Source: Cetobacterium ceti (GTDB lineage Bacteria > Fusobacteriota > Fusobacteriia > Fusobacteriales > Fusobacteriaceae). Taken from it: a DNA stretch of 64,000 nucleotides. Under the pieces are notes generated by a model. The model searched no databases. It saw only the letters and a list, made by a program, of their open reading frames with translations, and had not been told where the DNA came from. Positions 9,411 through 18,888 of the stretch are shown here, piece after piece. The stretch's first letter is position 1, and every line of letters begins with the position of its first letter. The stretch covers positions 1-64,000 of the forward strand of contig NZ_FUWX01000014.1 of the NCBI RefSeq assembly GCF_900167275.1, in the 5' to 3' direction. The position numbers and the translations under genes are program-made.

Positions 9411-10802
9411 ATGGAATTAATTAATTCTATAGTTAATAGTTTAAATGGTATTTTATGGGGTTATATTTTAATTGGAATGTTATTATTTATTGGTACTTAT
9501 TTCACTTTAAAAACGAGATTTGTCCAAATAGGACATATTCCTCATATGATTAGTCTTTTAGGTGGAAGTGCTGAACATGAAGGAGGTATATCATCCTTTA
9601 AAGCTTTTTGCATAAGTACAGCTTCAAGGGTTGGAACTGGAAATTTGGCTGGAGTTGCAATAGCAATAGCAGCAGGTGGCCCAGGATCTATATTTTGGAT
9701 GTGGCTGATTGCTTTAATAGGAGGAGCATCAAGTTTTGTTGAAAGTACTCTAGCACAAATTTATAAAGTTAAAGATGGAGATGTTTATAGAGGCGGCCCA
9801 GCTTATTATATGGAAAAAGCTTTAAATAAAAAATGGATGGGAGTAGCGTTTTCAATATTAATATCCATAGCATTTGGATTGATTTTTAATTCGGTTCAAT
9901 CAAATACAATTTCTTTAGCTTTTAACGAAGCATTTAAAATTGACAGAAGTATTGTAGGAATAGTTTTAGCAATATTCACTGGAATTATAATTTTTGGAGG
10001 AGTACATCGAATTGCAAATTTTAGTGCTACAGTAGTACCTATTATGGCAATTTTATATATTTTAATTTCTTTTTTTGTGATTATAAAAAATATATCCATA
10101 TTACCTCATATATTCGAAGAAATTTTTATAAATGCTTTTAAAATGGAATCAGCTTTTGGAGGAAGTTTGGGAGCTGTTATAATGGTAGGAATAAAAAGAG
10201 GATTATTTTCAAATGAAGCAGGAATGGGATCGGCTCCTAATGCAGCAGCAACAGCTGATGTGAGTCATCCAGTAAAACAAGGATTTGTACAAACATTAGG
10301 AGTTTTTACAGATACTATTATAATATGTTCTTGTACAGCTTTTATGGTTCTTATTTCAGGAACTCATAAATTAACAGATGCTACAGGAATTCAATTGACT
10401 CAAAGGGCATTAAGTTCCCAAGTAGGAGAATGGGGAAATATATTTATAGCTATATGTATACTTTTATTTGCTTTTAGTTCAATAATTGGAAATTATTATT
10501 ATGGAGAAACAAATATAGAATTTTTAAGTGAAAATAGAGTATACTTATCTATATATAGAATTTTAGTTATAGGAATGGTATTTTTTGGAGCTATTGGAGA
10601 TTTGGTATTAGTTTGGAATTTAGCAGATTTGTTTATGGCTTTAATGGCAATTTTAAATTTAATTGCAATTTTTATGCTAGGGAAAGTAGCTTTTGATGCT
10701 TTAAAAGATTATTTATATCAAAAGTCTCAAGGAATTGATCCTATATTTAAAAAATCTTCTATAGATTTACCAAATAAAGATACTATTGAATATTGGAATT
10801 AA
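9411..10802 (+). CDS. Alanine/glycine:cation symporter (AGCS) family Na+/amino-acid transporter
   Basis: RBS ggaggg. AGCS hallmarks 'GGPGSIFWMW' and 'GLFSNEAGMGSAPNAAA'; about 460 aa and polytopic. Confidence 0.85.
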   Translation: MELINSIVNSLNGILWGYILIGMLLFIGTYFTLKTRFVQIGHIPHMISLLGGSAEHEGGISSFKAFCISTASRVGTGNLAGVAIAIAAGGPGSIFWMWLIALIGGASSFVESTLAQIYKVKDGDVYRGGPAYYMEKALNKKWMGVAFSILISIAFGLIFNSVQSNTISLAFNEAFKIDRSIVGIVLAIFTGIIIFGGVHRIANFSATVVPIMAILYILISFFVIIKNISILPHIFEEIFINAFKMESAFGGSLGAVIMVGIKRGLFSNEAGMGSAPNAAATADVSHPVKQGFVQTLGVFTDTIIICSCTAFMVLISGTHKLTDATGIQLTQRALSSQVGEWGNIFIAICILLFAFSSIIGNYYYGETNIEFLSENRVYLSIYRILVIGMVFFGAIGDLVLVWNLADLFMALMAILNLIAIFMLGKVAFDALKDYLYQKSQGIDPIFKKSSIDLPNKDTIEYWN

Positions 10803-10830
10803 AAAAAATAAAATAGAGGATGATTTTACA

Positions 10831-11439
10831 ATGAATAGAGAAAACATAAGTTGGTATATTTTATATTTATTTTCTTGGATAGCATACTTTATATATCCTT
10901 TGATAGAAGTATTTTTAATTTTATTAATTTTTGGATTATTTATGCTGTTTGAAGAAAAAAAGGATATTACAAAATCCTCGTTAAATGGAAAACAAATAGA
11001 TAAATTAATTATAGATAATGATTTTAATAAAAATATAAATAAATTATTAGCTATGAGAAAAATTTATAATAAATTAAGTTTTTTTGCAGCAATTTATTTA
11101 GTATCCTTTATAGGAATAAAAACTTATTTAATGGAATATAAAATCTGTCCTCTTATCTTGTTAAATAAAATAAGTATTTTTGGAGTTGTTTTATTTATTT
11201 TAATTTGCTTATTTTTAACAAAAGAAATTAAAATAATTCAAAAATTAGAAATCTTATTAAATAGAGCAAATGAAATAAAAAATAGAAAACTTTATAAATT
11301 AGAAAGATTTCTATTAAATTATATTTCTTTGTATTCTACACAACTTTTTGCAGGAGATGAAATATCACCTATTAGAGATATAATTATGAATCATCTAATA
11401 TTATTTATTCATAGTATTTTCAACTTTATAACAATATAA
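10831..11439 (+). CDS. Hypothetical membrane protein
   Basis: The track's first start overlaps the upstream gene, so the ATG at 10831 (MNRENISWYILYLF) after agagga is preferred. Three to four TM segments; no recognised motif. Confidence 0.4.
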   Translation: MNRENISWYILYLFSWIAYFIYPLIEVFLILLIFGLFMLFEEKKDITKSSLNGKQIDKLIIDNDFNKNINKLLAMRKIYNKLSFFAAIYLVSFIGIKTYLMEYKICPLILLNKISIFGVVLFILICLFLTKEIKIIQKLEILLNRANEIKNRKLYKLERFLLNYISLYSTQLFAGDEISPIRDIIMNHLILFIHSIFNFITI

Positions 11440-11440
11440 A

Positions 11441-11474
11441 AAAGAGGCATTTATTTTTAAGTGCCTCTTTTTGT
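11441..11474. terminator. Bidirectional rho-independent terminator (agaggca...tgcctct flanked by A- and T-runs)
   Basis: Inverted repeat read directly between the convergent genes ending at 11439 (+) and 11476 (-). Confidence 0.6.
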
Positions 11475-11475
11475 T

Positions 11476-12357
11476 TTAGTTATTTTTTGTTTGATGAAAG
11501 ATTTCTCCTAAAGTTACAACACTTTGTAGTTCAGTAGGAATAATAATCTTAGTTGCTTGACCATCAGCAACTTTTTGGAAAGCTTCCATTCCTTTAAGTG
11601 CTAGAACACTTTGATCTGCTCCAGCTTCTTTTATTAATTTAATAGCTTCAGCATTTGCCTTTTGAACATTTAATATTGCCTCAGCTTCTCCTTCGGCTTC
11701 TCTAATAGCGGCTTCTTTTTTAGCCTCAGCTCTTAAAATTGCAGCTTCTTTTTCTCCTTCAGCAACTAAAATAGCAGATCTTTTTTGTCCCTCTGCTCTT
11801 AAAATAGATTCTCTTCTTCCTCTTTCAGCTTTCATTTGTTTTTCCATAGCATCTTGAATTTCAGCAGGAGGAATTATATTTTTTAATTCAACTCTATTTA
11901 CTTTAATTCCCCAAGGATCTGTAGCATCATCTAAAATAGCTCTCATTTTAGTATTTATAGTATCTCTTGAAGTTAAAGTCATATCTAACTCCATTTCACC
12001 TATAATATTTCTAAGAGTTGTTGCAGTTAAATTTTCAATTGCATTTAAAGGTCTTTCAACACCATAAGTATAAAGTTTAGGATCCGTTATTTGAAAATAA
12101 ACAACAGAATCTATTTGCATAGTTACGTTATCTTTTGTTATAACTGGTTGTGGCTTAAAATCAATTACTTGTTCTTTTAGAGAAACTCTTTGAGCTACTC
12201 TATCAATAAATGGGATTAAAATATTTAAACCAACATTCCATGTAGTTAAATAAGCTCCAAGTCTTTCAACTACATAAGCTTGAGATTGAGGAACAATTCG
12301 TACTTTTGTTGCCACCAATACTGCTAATATAAAAATTAAAATAATAATAAAAAACAT
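11476..12357 (-). CDS. SPFH/band-7 (stomatin/prohibitin-like) membrane protein
   Basis: N-terminal TM, then the SPFH core ('IDFKPQPVITKDNVTMQIDSVVYFQITDP'), then an Ala/Glu-rich coiled-coil tail ('EAEGEAEAILNVQKANAEAI'). Confidence 0.85.
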   Translation of the reverse strand: MFFIIILIFILAVLVATKVRIVPQSQAYVVERLGAYLTTWNVGLNILIPFIDRVAQRVSLKEQVIDFKPQPVITKDNVTMQIDSVVYFQITDPKLYTYGVERPLNAIENLTATTLRNIIGEMELDMTLTSRDTINTKMRAILDDATDPWGIKVNRVELKNIIPPAEIQDAMEKQMKAERGRRESILRAEGQKRSAILVAEGEKEAAILRAEAKKEAAIREAEGEAEAILNVQKANAEAIKLIKEAGADQSVLALKGMEAFQKVADGQATKIIIPTELQSVVTLGEIFHQTKNN

Positions 12358-12360
12358 ATG

Positions 12361-12768
12361 TTACTCCTTTTCTTTTATTTTTTTTAGTATAAGTTTGTTT
12401 CCTTCATAATCTTCTACTTTGGCAAATTCTCCAATTTCAAACACATCTTTTGAAATACAATTCCAATATTTACCTTCTAAATAAACAGTATAGTTATCAT
12501 TAGGTTTGATTTCAATTATTTTAACTCTAGAATTTTTAATTCTATCTACAGTAGAACTTTTTCCTTTTAAGAGTTTCAAAGATGCCTTTCTAATTAAAAT
12601 TAAAGAAAAAACTGATGTTCCAACAAAAATATAAAATTGATATAAAATAGATAAATTTGTAAAAAACATAGTAATAAAAGCACCAATAGCAAACCAAATT
12701 GAAATTAAACCAAAATTTAAAAGTTCTATCCCTAAAAATCCAAGACCAATTAAAAACCAAATAATCAT
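12361..12768 (-). CDS. NfeD-family membrane protein (partner of the SPFH protein)
   Basis: Two N-terminal TM helices plus a C-terminal OB-fold-like soluble domain. It lies immediately downstream of the SPFH gene, the conserved SPFH-NfeD operon arrangement. Confidence 0.7.
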   Translation of the reverse strand: MIIWFLIGLGFLGIELLNFGLISIWFAIGAFITMFFTNLSILYQFYIFVGTSVFSLILIRKASLKLLKGKSSTVDRIKNSRVKIIEIKPNDNYTVYLEGKYWNCISKDVFEIGEFAKVEDYEGNKLILKKIKEKE

Positions 12769-12955
12769 AATACAACTCCTTATTAAAGTTAATCTCTTAA
12801 ATGATATTATGAAAAGATATTAAAATCAAATTAATAATGAAAAATGATAAATATATATGTATAAAAATGGCGACATAGGATTGACTTTTTAATAATATTT
12901 GTATATTATTTATGCAATATGTTTCTTAAAAATATACTTCGAGGGGTGAAGACAA

Positions 12956-13606
12956 ATGCTAAATAAGCATAAAATAATTAATGAAATTTTAGAAGTTGGA
13001 GTGGTTGCAGTAATTAGAGCAGAAAGTATAGTGGAAGCAAAACGTATATCAGCAGCATGTATTGAAGGAGGAGTTAAAGCTATCGAGGTTACTTATACAG
13101 TACCTGGAGCTTCTGAGGTTATAAAAGAGTTGGGAAAAGAGTTTAATGAAAAAGAATTAATTGTTGGAGCAGGAACAGTATTAGATTCAGAAACAGCAAG
13201 AATAGCTATATTATCAGGGGCAAAATATATTGTCTCACCAGGATTTGATAAGGAAACAGCAAAGTTATGTAATAAATATGGAATACCTTATATGCCAGGA
13301 TGCATGACTATAAGTGAAATGACTAAAGCAATGGAATATGGAGCAGATATTATAAAATTATTTCCAGGAAGTGCCTTTGGAGCAGATTTTATAAAAGCAG
13401 TGAAAGCTCCTTTACCACAAGCAAATATTATGCCAACAGGAGGAGTATCAATAGAAAATGTTGATAAATGGATTAAAAATGGAGTTGTAGCAGTTGGAGT
13501 AGGAGGAAAATTAGCAACTGGACCTAGTGAAGAAATAACAGCTAATGCAAAGGAATTTGTAGCAAAAGTTAAAGCTACAAGAGAGGAGCTAAAAAATAAT
13601 GGGTAA
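12956..13606 (+). CDS. eda: 2-dehydro-3-deoxyphosphogluconate (KDPG) / 4-hydroxy-2-oxoglutarate aldolase
   Basis: 'VVAVIRAES...GGVKAIEVTYTVPGA...LIVGAGTVLD...KLFPGSA...PTGGVS': the Eda TIM-barrel signature with the Schiff-base Lys region. Confidence 0.85.
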   Translation: MLNKHKIINEILEVGVVAVIRAESIVEAKRISAACIEGGVKAIEVTYTVPGASEVIKELGKEFNEKELIVGAGTVLDSETARIAILSGAKYIVSPGFDKETAKLCNKYGIPYMPGCMTISEMTKAMEYGADIIKLFPGSAFGADFIKAVKAPLPQANIMPTGGVSIENVDKWIKNGVVAVGVGGKLATGPSEEITANAKEFVAKVKATREELKNNG

Positions 13607-14615
13607 AAAAATAGTTACTCTTGGGGAAATTATGTTGAGATTATCTACAATAGATAATAAAAGAATAATACAGTCTAATTCATTTCAAGCTGATTATGGT
13701 GGAGGGGAAGCCAATGTTGCAATTTCTCTTTCAAATTTTGGAATTGAAAGTTCTTTTATAACGAAATTACCTGAAAATTATTTAGGAGAATGTGTTTTAA
13801 GATATTTAAAAGCAAACCAAGTAAATACAAATAACATAGTTTTAGGTGGAGAGAGATTAGGAACATATTATTTAGAAGTTGGAAGTGGCGTTAGAAATTC
13901 CTCTGTTATTTATGATAGAAAATATTCATCATTTTCTACTTTAACATATGAGGAATTAAACGTAGAAAAAGCTTTAAAAGATGTTTATATTTTACATTTA
14001 TCTGGAATAACTCCAGCCCTTTCTGAAAGTTGCAAAGATTTAACTTTAAAAATTATAAAAAAAGCTAAAGAGATGGGAGTACTAGTTAGTTTTGATTTTA
14101 ATTTTCGTGGTAAATTATGGACTGTGGAAGAAGCAGGAAAAACTTTTAAAGAGTATTTGCCATATGTTGATATTTGTTTTGCAGGGATATTAGATGGAAA
14201 ATATATATTGAAATTAAATGTTGATGAAGAAAAATATGATTCATTTAGTGAAATTTTAAAAGCCTATTATAAAGAAATAAATACTATTTATCCTAATATA
14301 AAATATTTTATATCTACAAAAAGAGAAATCCATAGTGTGGATGATAATTCTTTAGAAGGATTTATTTATAGTAAAGGTTGTATATATAATTCGAAAAAAT
14401 ATAGGTTTTCAATAGTTGATAGAGTTGGTGGAGGAGATGCCTTTGCAGCTGGAGCTTTATATGGAATTATACAAGATATGAATTTAAAAGATACTGTAGA
14501 ATTTGCAACAGGAGCTTCTGTAATAAAGCATACAATTAAGGGAGATGCCAATTTAGTTAGTGTAGAAGAAGTAGAGAATTTCATTAAAAATGGAGCAGGA
14601 AAAATATCAAGATAA
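13599..14615 (+). CDS. kdgK: PfkB-family sugar kinase, 2-dehydro-3-deoxygluconokinase-like
   Basis: Overlaps the eda stop. N-terminal 'LGEIMLRL' and 'GGGEANVAISL'. C-terminal 'DRVGGGDAFAAGALYG' is the PfkB anion-hole/DTxGAGD-type motif. Confidence 0.75.
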   Translation: MGKKIVTLGEIMLRLSTIDNKRIIQSNSFQADYGGGEANVAISLSNFGIESSFITKLPENYLGECVLRYLKANQVNTNNIVLGGERLGTYYLEVGSGVRNSSVIYDRKYSSFSTLTYEELNVEKALKDVYILHLSGITPALSESCKDLTLKIIKKAKEMGVLVSFDFNFRGKLWTVEEAGKTFKEYLPYVDICFAGILDGKYILKLNVDEEKYDSFSEILKAYYKEINTIYPNIKYFISTKREIHSVDDNSLEGFIYSKGCIYNSKKYRFSIVDRVGGGDAFAAGALYGIIQDMNLKDTVEFATGASVIKHTIKGDANLVSVEEVENFIKNGAGKISR

Positions 14616-14643
14616 CTCGGGTTTTATTCCGAGTTTTTTGTTT
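14616..14643 (+). terminator. Rho-independent terminator after kdgK
   Basis: actcgg-gttttatt-ccgagt hairpin followed by TTTTTT. Confidence 0.55.
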
Positions 14644-14786
14644 GCAAAATAAACTATTAGTTTTATATATGAATATCATTTATAAAAAAATGTTGATTTT
14701 ATCAAAAGAATCTTGTATGATTTATCTATGAATAACAGTAGAAATTGTCCTAAAATTTTAAACACTGTTTTATCTAAGGAGGAAAA

Positions 14787-16316
14787 ATGTCTCAAAATGT
14801 AAGCAAAGAAAAAAAATTAACCTTGATATCATTAATTCTAATGATATTCACATCAGTATTTGGCTTTACGAACATTCCTAGATCATTTTATTTAATGGGA
14901 TATGCAGCAATACCTTGGTATATTATTTCAGCGGCGTTCTTTTTTATTCCCTATGCCTTTATGATGGCAGAGTATGGTGCGGCTTTTAAAGGGGAAAGTG
15001 GAGGAATTTATTCATGGATGAAAAGATCAGTAAATGAAAAGTATGCTTTTATTGGAACTTTTATGTGGTATGCATCGTATGTTATTTGGATGGTAAACAT
15101 AAGTTCTTCAATATGGATCGTTGTCTCTACAGCAATATTTGGAAGAGATTTAACTTCAAATTGGAAAATATTAGGACTAAATTCTACACAAACAATGGGA
15201 CTTTTAGGTGTTATTCTAATAGTATCAATAACATTTATTGCAACTAAGGGTTTAAATAAGATTACTAAAATTACATCTATTGGTGGTTTAGCAGTTACAT
15301 TTATAAACTTAGTGCTATTATTTGGATCTTTATTAATATTAGCTTTAAATGGAGGGCATTTAGCACAACCAATAACTAGTTTTAAAGGTGCATTCTTTAA
15401 TTCCCCAAATCCAGGATATCAAACTTTAATATCTGTTGGATCATTTATGGTATTTTCTATATTTGCATTTGGTGGAATTGAAGTAATTGGTGGATTAAGT
15501 GATAAAACTGAAAATGCTGAAAAAACTTTCCCTAAGGGAGTTACAGTTGCAGCTATAGTAATCGCAATTGGATATGCAGTTGGAATATTTTTATGTGGTA
15601 TTTTTACAAACTGGAACGAAATTTTATCAAGTCCAGGGGTACATATGGGAAATGTAGCTTATGTTCTTATGGAAAATTTAGGATACCAAATAGGACAAGC
15701 TTTAGGGCTTGCAAGTGGAACATCAGAAACTATAGGACTTATAATGTCAAGATACATGGGAATTTCTATGGTATTGGCTTTATTAGGTGCATTCTTTACA
15801 TTATGCTATTCACCATTAAAGCAATTAATTGAAGGAACACCAGATGAAATGTGGCCTGAATATGTAAAGAAAATAAAAAATGATATGCCTATGAATGCTA
15901 TGTGGATTCAATGTGGAATAGTAGTAGTATTTGTAATATTAGTTTCTTTCGGTGGAGAAGGGGCTTCAAAGTTCTTTTCAAAATTAATATTAATGACAAA
16001 TGTAGCCATGACAATACCCTATGTATTTGTAGCTGGAGCATTTCCATTATTTAAAGAAAAAACAGAAATAGCAAAACCTTTTGAAATTTATAAAAAAAGA
16101 AGTACAGTGTTAATTGCTACATTCTTTACAATAATTTCTGTTTCTTTTGCAAATATTGCAACAATTTTATCTCCATATTTAACAAGCGGAGATATTAGTT
16201 CAACTATTTGGATGATTGCAGGACCTGTATTCTTTACAATAGTTGCTCTTGGAATATATAAAAAATATGAATTAAAACATTTAAAAGATCAAGCTATAAT
16301 AGCTACTGATAAATAA
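14787..16316 (+). CDS. APC-superfamily amino-acid permease (YjeM/GadC-like)
   Basis: RBS aaggagg. 12-TM profile. N-terminal 'KLTLISLILMIFTSVFGF...AAFFFIPYAFMMAEYGAAF' is typical of APC transporters. Confidence 0.8.
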   Translation: MSQNVSKEKKLTLISLILMIFTSVFGFTNIPRSFYLMGYAAIPWYIISAAFFFIPYAFMMAEYGAAFKGESGGIYSWMKRSVNEKYAFIGTFMWYASYVIWMVNISSSIWIVVSTAIFGRDLTSNWKILGLNSTQTMGLLGVILIVSITFIATKGLNKITKITSIGGLAVTFINLVLLFGSLLILALNGGHLAQPITSFKGAFFNSPNPGYQTLISVGSFMVFSIFAFGGIEVIGGLSDKTENAEKTFPKGVTVAAIVIAIGYAVGIFLCGIFTNWNEILSSPGVHMGNVAYVLMENLGYQIGQALGLASGTSETIGLIMSRYMGISMVLALLGAFFTLCYSPLKQLIEGTPDEMWPEYVKKIKNDMPMNAMWIQCGIVVVFVILVSFGGEGASKFFSKLILMTNVAMTIPYVFVAGAFPLFKEKTEIAKPFEIYKKRSTVLIATFFTIISVSFANIATILSPYLTSGDISSTIWMIAGPVFFTIVALGIYKKYELKHLKDQAIIATDK

Positions 16317-16322
16317 AAAAAA

Positions 16323-16368
16323 GGACTATCACTAGTCCCCGGCTCTAGATTTTATCTAGAGCTTTTTT
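16323..16368. terminator. Tandem-hairpin terminator between convergent genes
   Basis: ggacta-tcac-tagtcc then gctctagat-ttt-atctagagc followed by TTTTTT. Confidence 0.6.
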
Positions 16369-16765
16369 ATTTGTTATCAGGTTTATAAACTCCAGAATTT
16401 AAAGCATTTTGCATAGCTGCACGAATTTTACTAGCTCTAACAGTAGCTCCTGCCATTTCTATTTTTTCAGGAGAATATAACATCTCTTTAGCGTCATTTA
16501 TATTTTTTCCTTCAGTAGCTTTTAAAGCTGCTAAATATTCATTTTTAATATTTTCTAGATTTTTATCTTTTAAATAATTTTTTCCCTTATATTGTAAAGT
16601 TCTAAACCTTGTATTAGAAACAATATCATTTTTTAATTTAAATTGAACTTCTGTTTGTGTTTCTTGCCCAGATACAAAAACACCTCTATAAGTTCCATCT
16701 CTATGGTCAGCTGCAAATGCAGAAATTCCAGATAATATTCCTACAACTATAAGTATCTTTTTCAA
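16367..16765 (-). CDS. Small exported protein, possibly FMN-binding-domain-like
   Basis: Signal peptide MKKILIVVGILSGISAFA. 'DGTYRGVFVSG' is reminiscent of FMN_bind domains. Weak. Confidence 0.4.
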   Translation of the reverse strand: MKKILIVVGILSGISAFAADHRDGTYRGVFVSGQETQTEVQFKLKNDIVSNTRFRTLQYKGKNYLKDKNLENIKNEYLAALKATEGKNINDAKEMLYSPEKIEMAGATVRASKIRAAMQNALNSGVYKPDNK

Positions 16766-16932
16766 AAAAATCCCTCCCGTAATTTACTATACAATTATAG
16801 TAAACTAAATATCTATAAAAGTCAATTATTTTTATATTCAAAATATATTTTTTACATAATAATTATGAGCCTATTTACATTTTTAAATTCTTAAGGTATA
16901 TATAAAAAGAAAGGAAAGTGTGGGAGGATAAA

Positions 16933-17283
16933 ATGGAATTAAAAATTTATGAAGATATATTTAAAAAGGATTTTTTAGAAAAATTAATTAATAAAAGTAG
17001 AAAAAAATTATTATATTTTTTTACATATAATGAGGGAGATAGAGATATATTATATAATAATTTAGATAAAGATAATGAACTTGTAGTATTAGTATATCAA
17101 AATCATAAATTGATTTTTGACTGTAAAAGTTTTCATTTTATGCTTGAAGAAACTATCGAAAATAAAATAGAAAAAAAAGTTTATTATTCACTTAACGACA
17201 ATCGAAGTAAAAGTGAAAAATTAAATTATTTTTATTCTTTTTTATTGACCCTGCCCTTAGAGGATAGTGTATCTTGTAAGTGA
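16933..17283 (+). CDS. Hypothetical protein
   Basis: ORF with RBS gggagga 4 nt upstream of the ATG at 16933; no recognisable motif. Confidence 0.35.
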   Translation: MELKIYEDIFKKDFLEKLINKSRKKLLYFFTYNEGDRDILYNNLDKDNELVVLVYQNHKLIFDCKSFHFMLEETIENKIEKKVYYSLNDNRSKSEKLNYFYSFLLTLPLEDSVSCK

Positions 17284-17293
17284 GGTGATATTT

Positions 17294-18373
17294 ATGAAAG
17301 ATTTATTTGAAAGTGTAAAAATTAATAATTTAGATATTAAAAATGCCTTTGTAAGAAGTGCAACATGGGAAAATTTAACAGAAGATGGATATATAAATGA
17401 AAAATTACTTAAAATTTATGAGGAACTTGCAGAGGGTGAAATTGGACTAATTTTAACAGGGTATGCAAATATCGTAAAAGAAGAACAACCTAATGCAGGA
17501 ATGTTTGGAATATATGATGATAGTTTTATAGATGGATATAAGCAATTAACAGAAGTTGTTCATAAATATAATAGTAAAATATTTTTACAAGTTGCTTATG
17601 GTGGAACAAAAACAACTTATAATTTAGGAGAAAGAATTATTTTCGCCCCAAGTGATATTCCTGAAAGGGGAACTGGTACGCAGGGAAAAACTATGACAAA
17701 GAAAGAGATAGATTATATTGTAGAAGCCTTTGGAGAAAGTGCTAGGAGAGCTAAGGAAGCTAATTTTGATGGAATAGAAATTCATGGAGCTCATACATAT
17801 TTAATAGGACAATTTTTATCTCCATATTATAACAAAAGAGAAGATGAATATGGTGGTTCTCTTGAAAATAGAATGAGATTTTTAATAGAAGTTTATCAGT
17901 CTATGAGAAATAAAGTAGGAAAAGAATATCCTATTATCGTTAAACTTACTGCAAGTGAATTTTTTGATGGAGGTTTAACCTTTGAAGAAACTAAACGTAT
18001 CTGTAAAAAAATGGAAGAAATAGGAATTGATGGAATTGAAATTTCTGGAAATATTCATGGAAAAGGTGAGAGTTTAATAGGAAAAGAATTTGATGGATTT
18101 ATTTTAAAAAATGAAGGATATTTTTCTGAGTATGCAAAAGAAATAGCTAAAATTTGTCAAATACCTATTATTACAGTGGGTGGAATAAAAACTTTTGAAG
18201 GTGCACAAGAAATTATAGATAATAGTGAAATATCAATGATTGGAATCTCTAGACCTCTTTTAGCAGAGCCAAAACTTATAAAAAAATGGAAAAATGGAAA
18301 TAGAGAAAAAGTAAAATGTATAAGATGTAGTAAATGTAGAAATAAAGATGGAAATTATTGTATTTTTAAATAA
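17294..18373 (+). CDS. Old-Yellow-Enzyme family NADH:flavin oxidoreductase (TIM-barrel ene-reductase)
   Basis: RBS gaggtga. 'FDGIEIHGAHTYLIGQFLSPYYNKREDEYGGSLENRMRF' is the OYE active-site region; 'ITVGGI' near the C-terminus. Confidence 0.85.
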   Translation: MKDLFESVKINNLDIKNAFVRSATWENLTEDGYINEKLLKIYEELAEGEIGLILTGYANIVKEEQPNAGMFGIYDDSFIDGYKQLTEVVHKYNSKIFLQVAYGGTKTTYNLGERIIFAPSDIPERGTGTQGKTMTKKEIDYIVEAFGESARRAKEANFDGIEIHGAHTYLIGQFLSPYYNKREDEYGGSLENRMRFLIEVYQSMRNKVGKEYPIIVKLTASEFFDGGLTFEETKRICKKMEEIGIDGIEISGNIHGKGESLIGKEFDGFILKNEGYFSEYAKEIAKICQIPIITVGGIKTFEGAQEIIDNSEISMIGISRPLLAEPKLIKKWKNGNREKVKCIRCSKCRNKDGNYCIFK

Positions 18374-18393
18374 ATAGTTGGCTACAAATTTAT

Positions 18394-18831
18394 TTAGTTG
18401 TTAGGGATAAGAAGATTAAACTTAATATCTTCTTCCCCTAAAACTATTATTTCTACTTCTAAATCTTTTAATTCAAGTGCTTCTTCCTCATCATTGCAAA
18501 CAAGAAGACTACCTTTTATAGATCCACTTCTACTGTAACGTCTTACTAATTCAAAAATTCTACCTATTTTAATAGGTGTAATTTTTTCATCAATAGAAAT
18601 TAAAGTATGTTTTGTATTGATAAAATATTCTTTAAAATCTTCAGTTTTTAATTCAAAAAAATATAAACTTTCAATATCTTGATAAAGTCTTACTTTTATA
18701 GTTGCATTAGAATAAATATCTTTATTTATTTTCTCTAAATCATAAACATCAAAATGTTTAAAAATAAAAGAAAATAAAAATGGTTTTTCTATAACAATAT
18801 CATTTGATGTAATAAATTTTGATTGTAACAT
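18394..18831 (-). CDS. Hypothetical cytoplasmic protein
   Basis: 145-aa ORF; possibly co-transcribed downstream of the permease gene; no motif recognised. Confidence 0.35.
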   Translation of the reverse strand: MLQSKFITSNDIVIEKPFLFSFIFKHFDVYDLEKINKDIYSNATIKVRLYQDIESLYFFELKTEDFKEYFINTKHTLISIDEKITPIKIGRIFELVRRYSRSGSIKGSLLVCNDEEEALELKDLEVEIIVLGEEDIKFNLLIPNN

Positions 18832-18888
18832 TTACTACCCCCATTCTGTAGCCAACTTTTATAATTATAAACCTAAGTATTTTAATAT

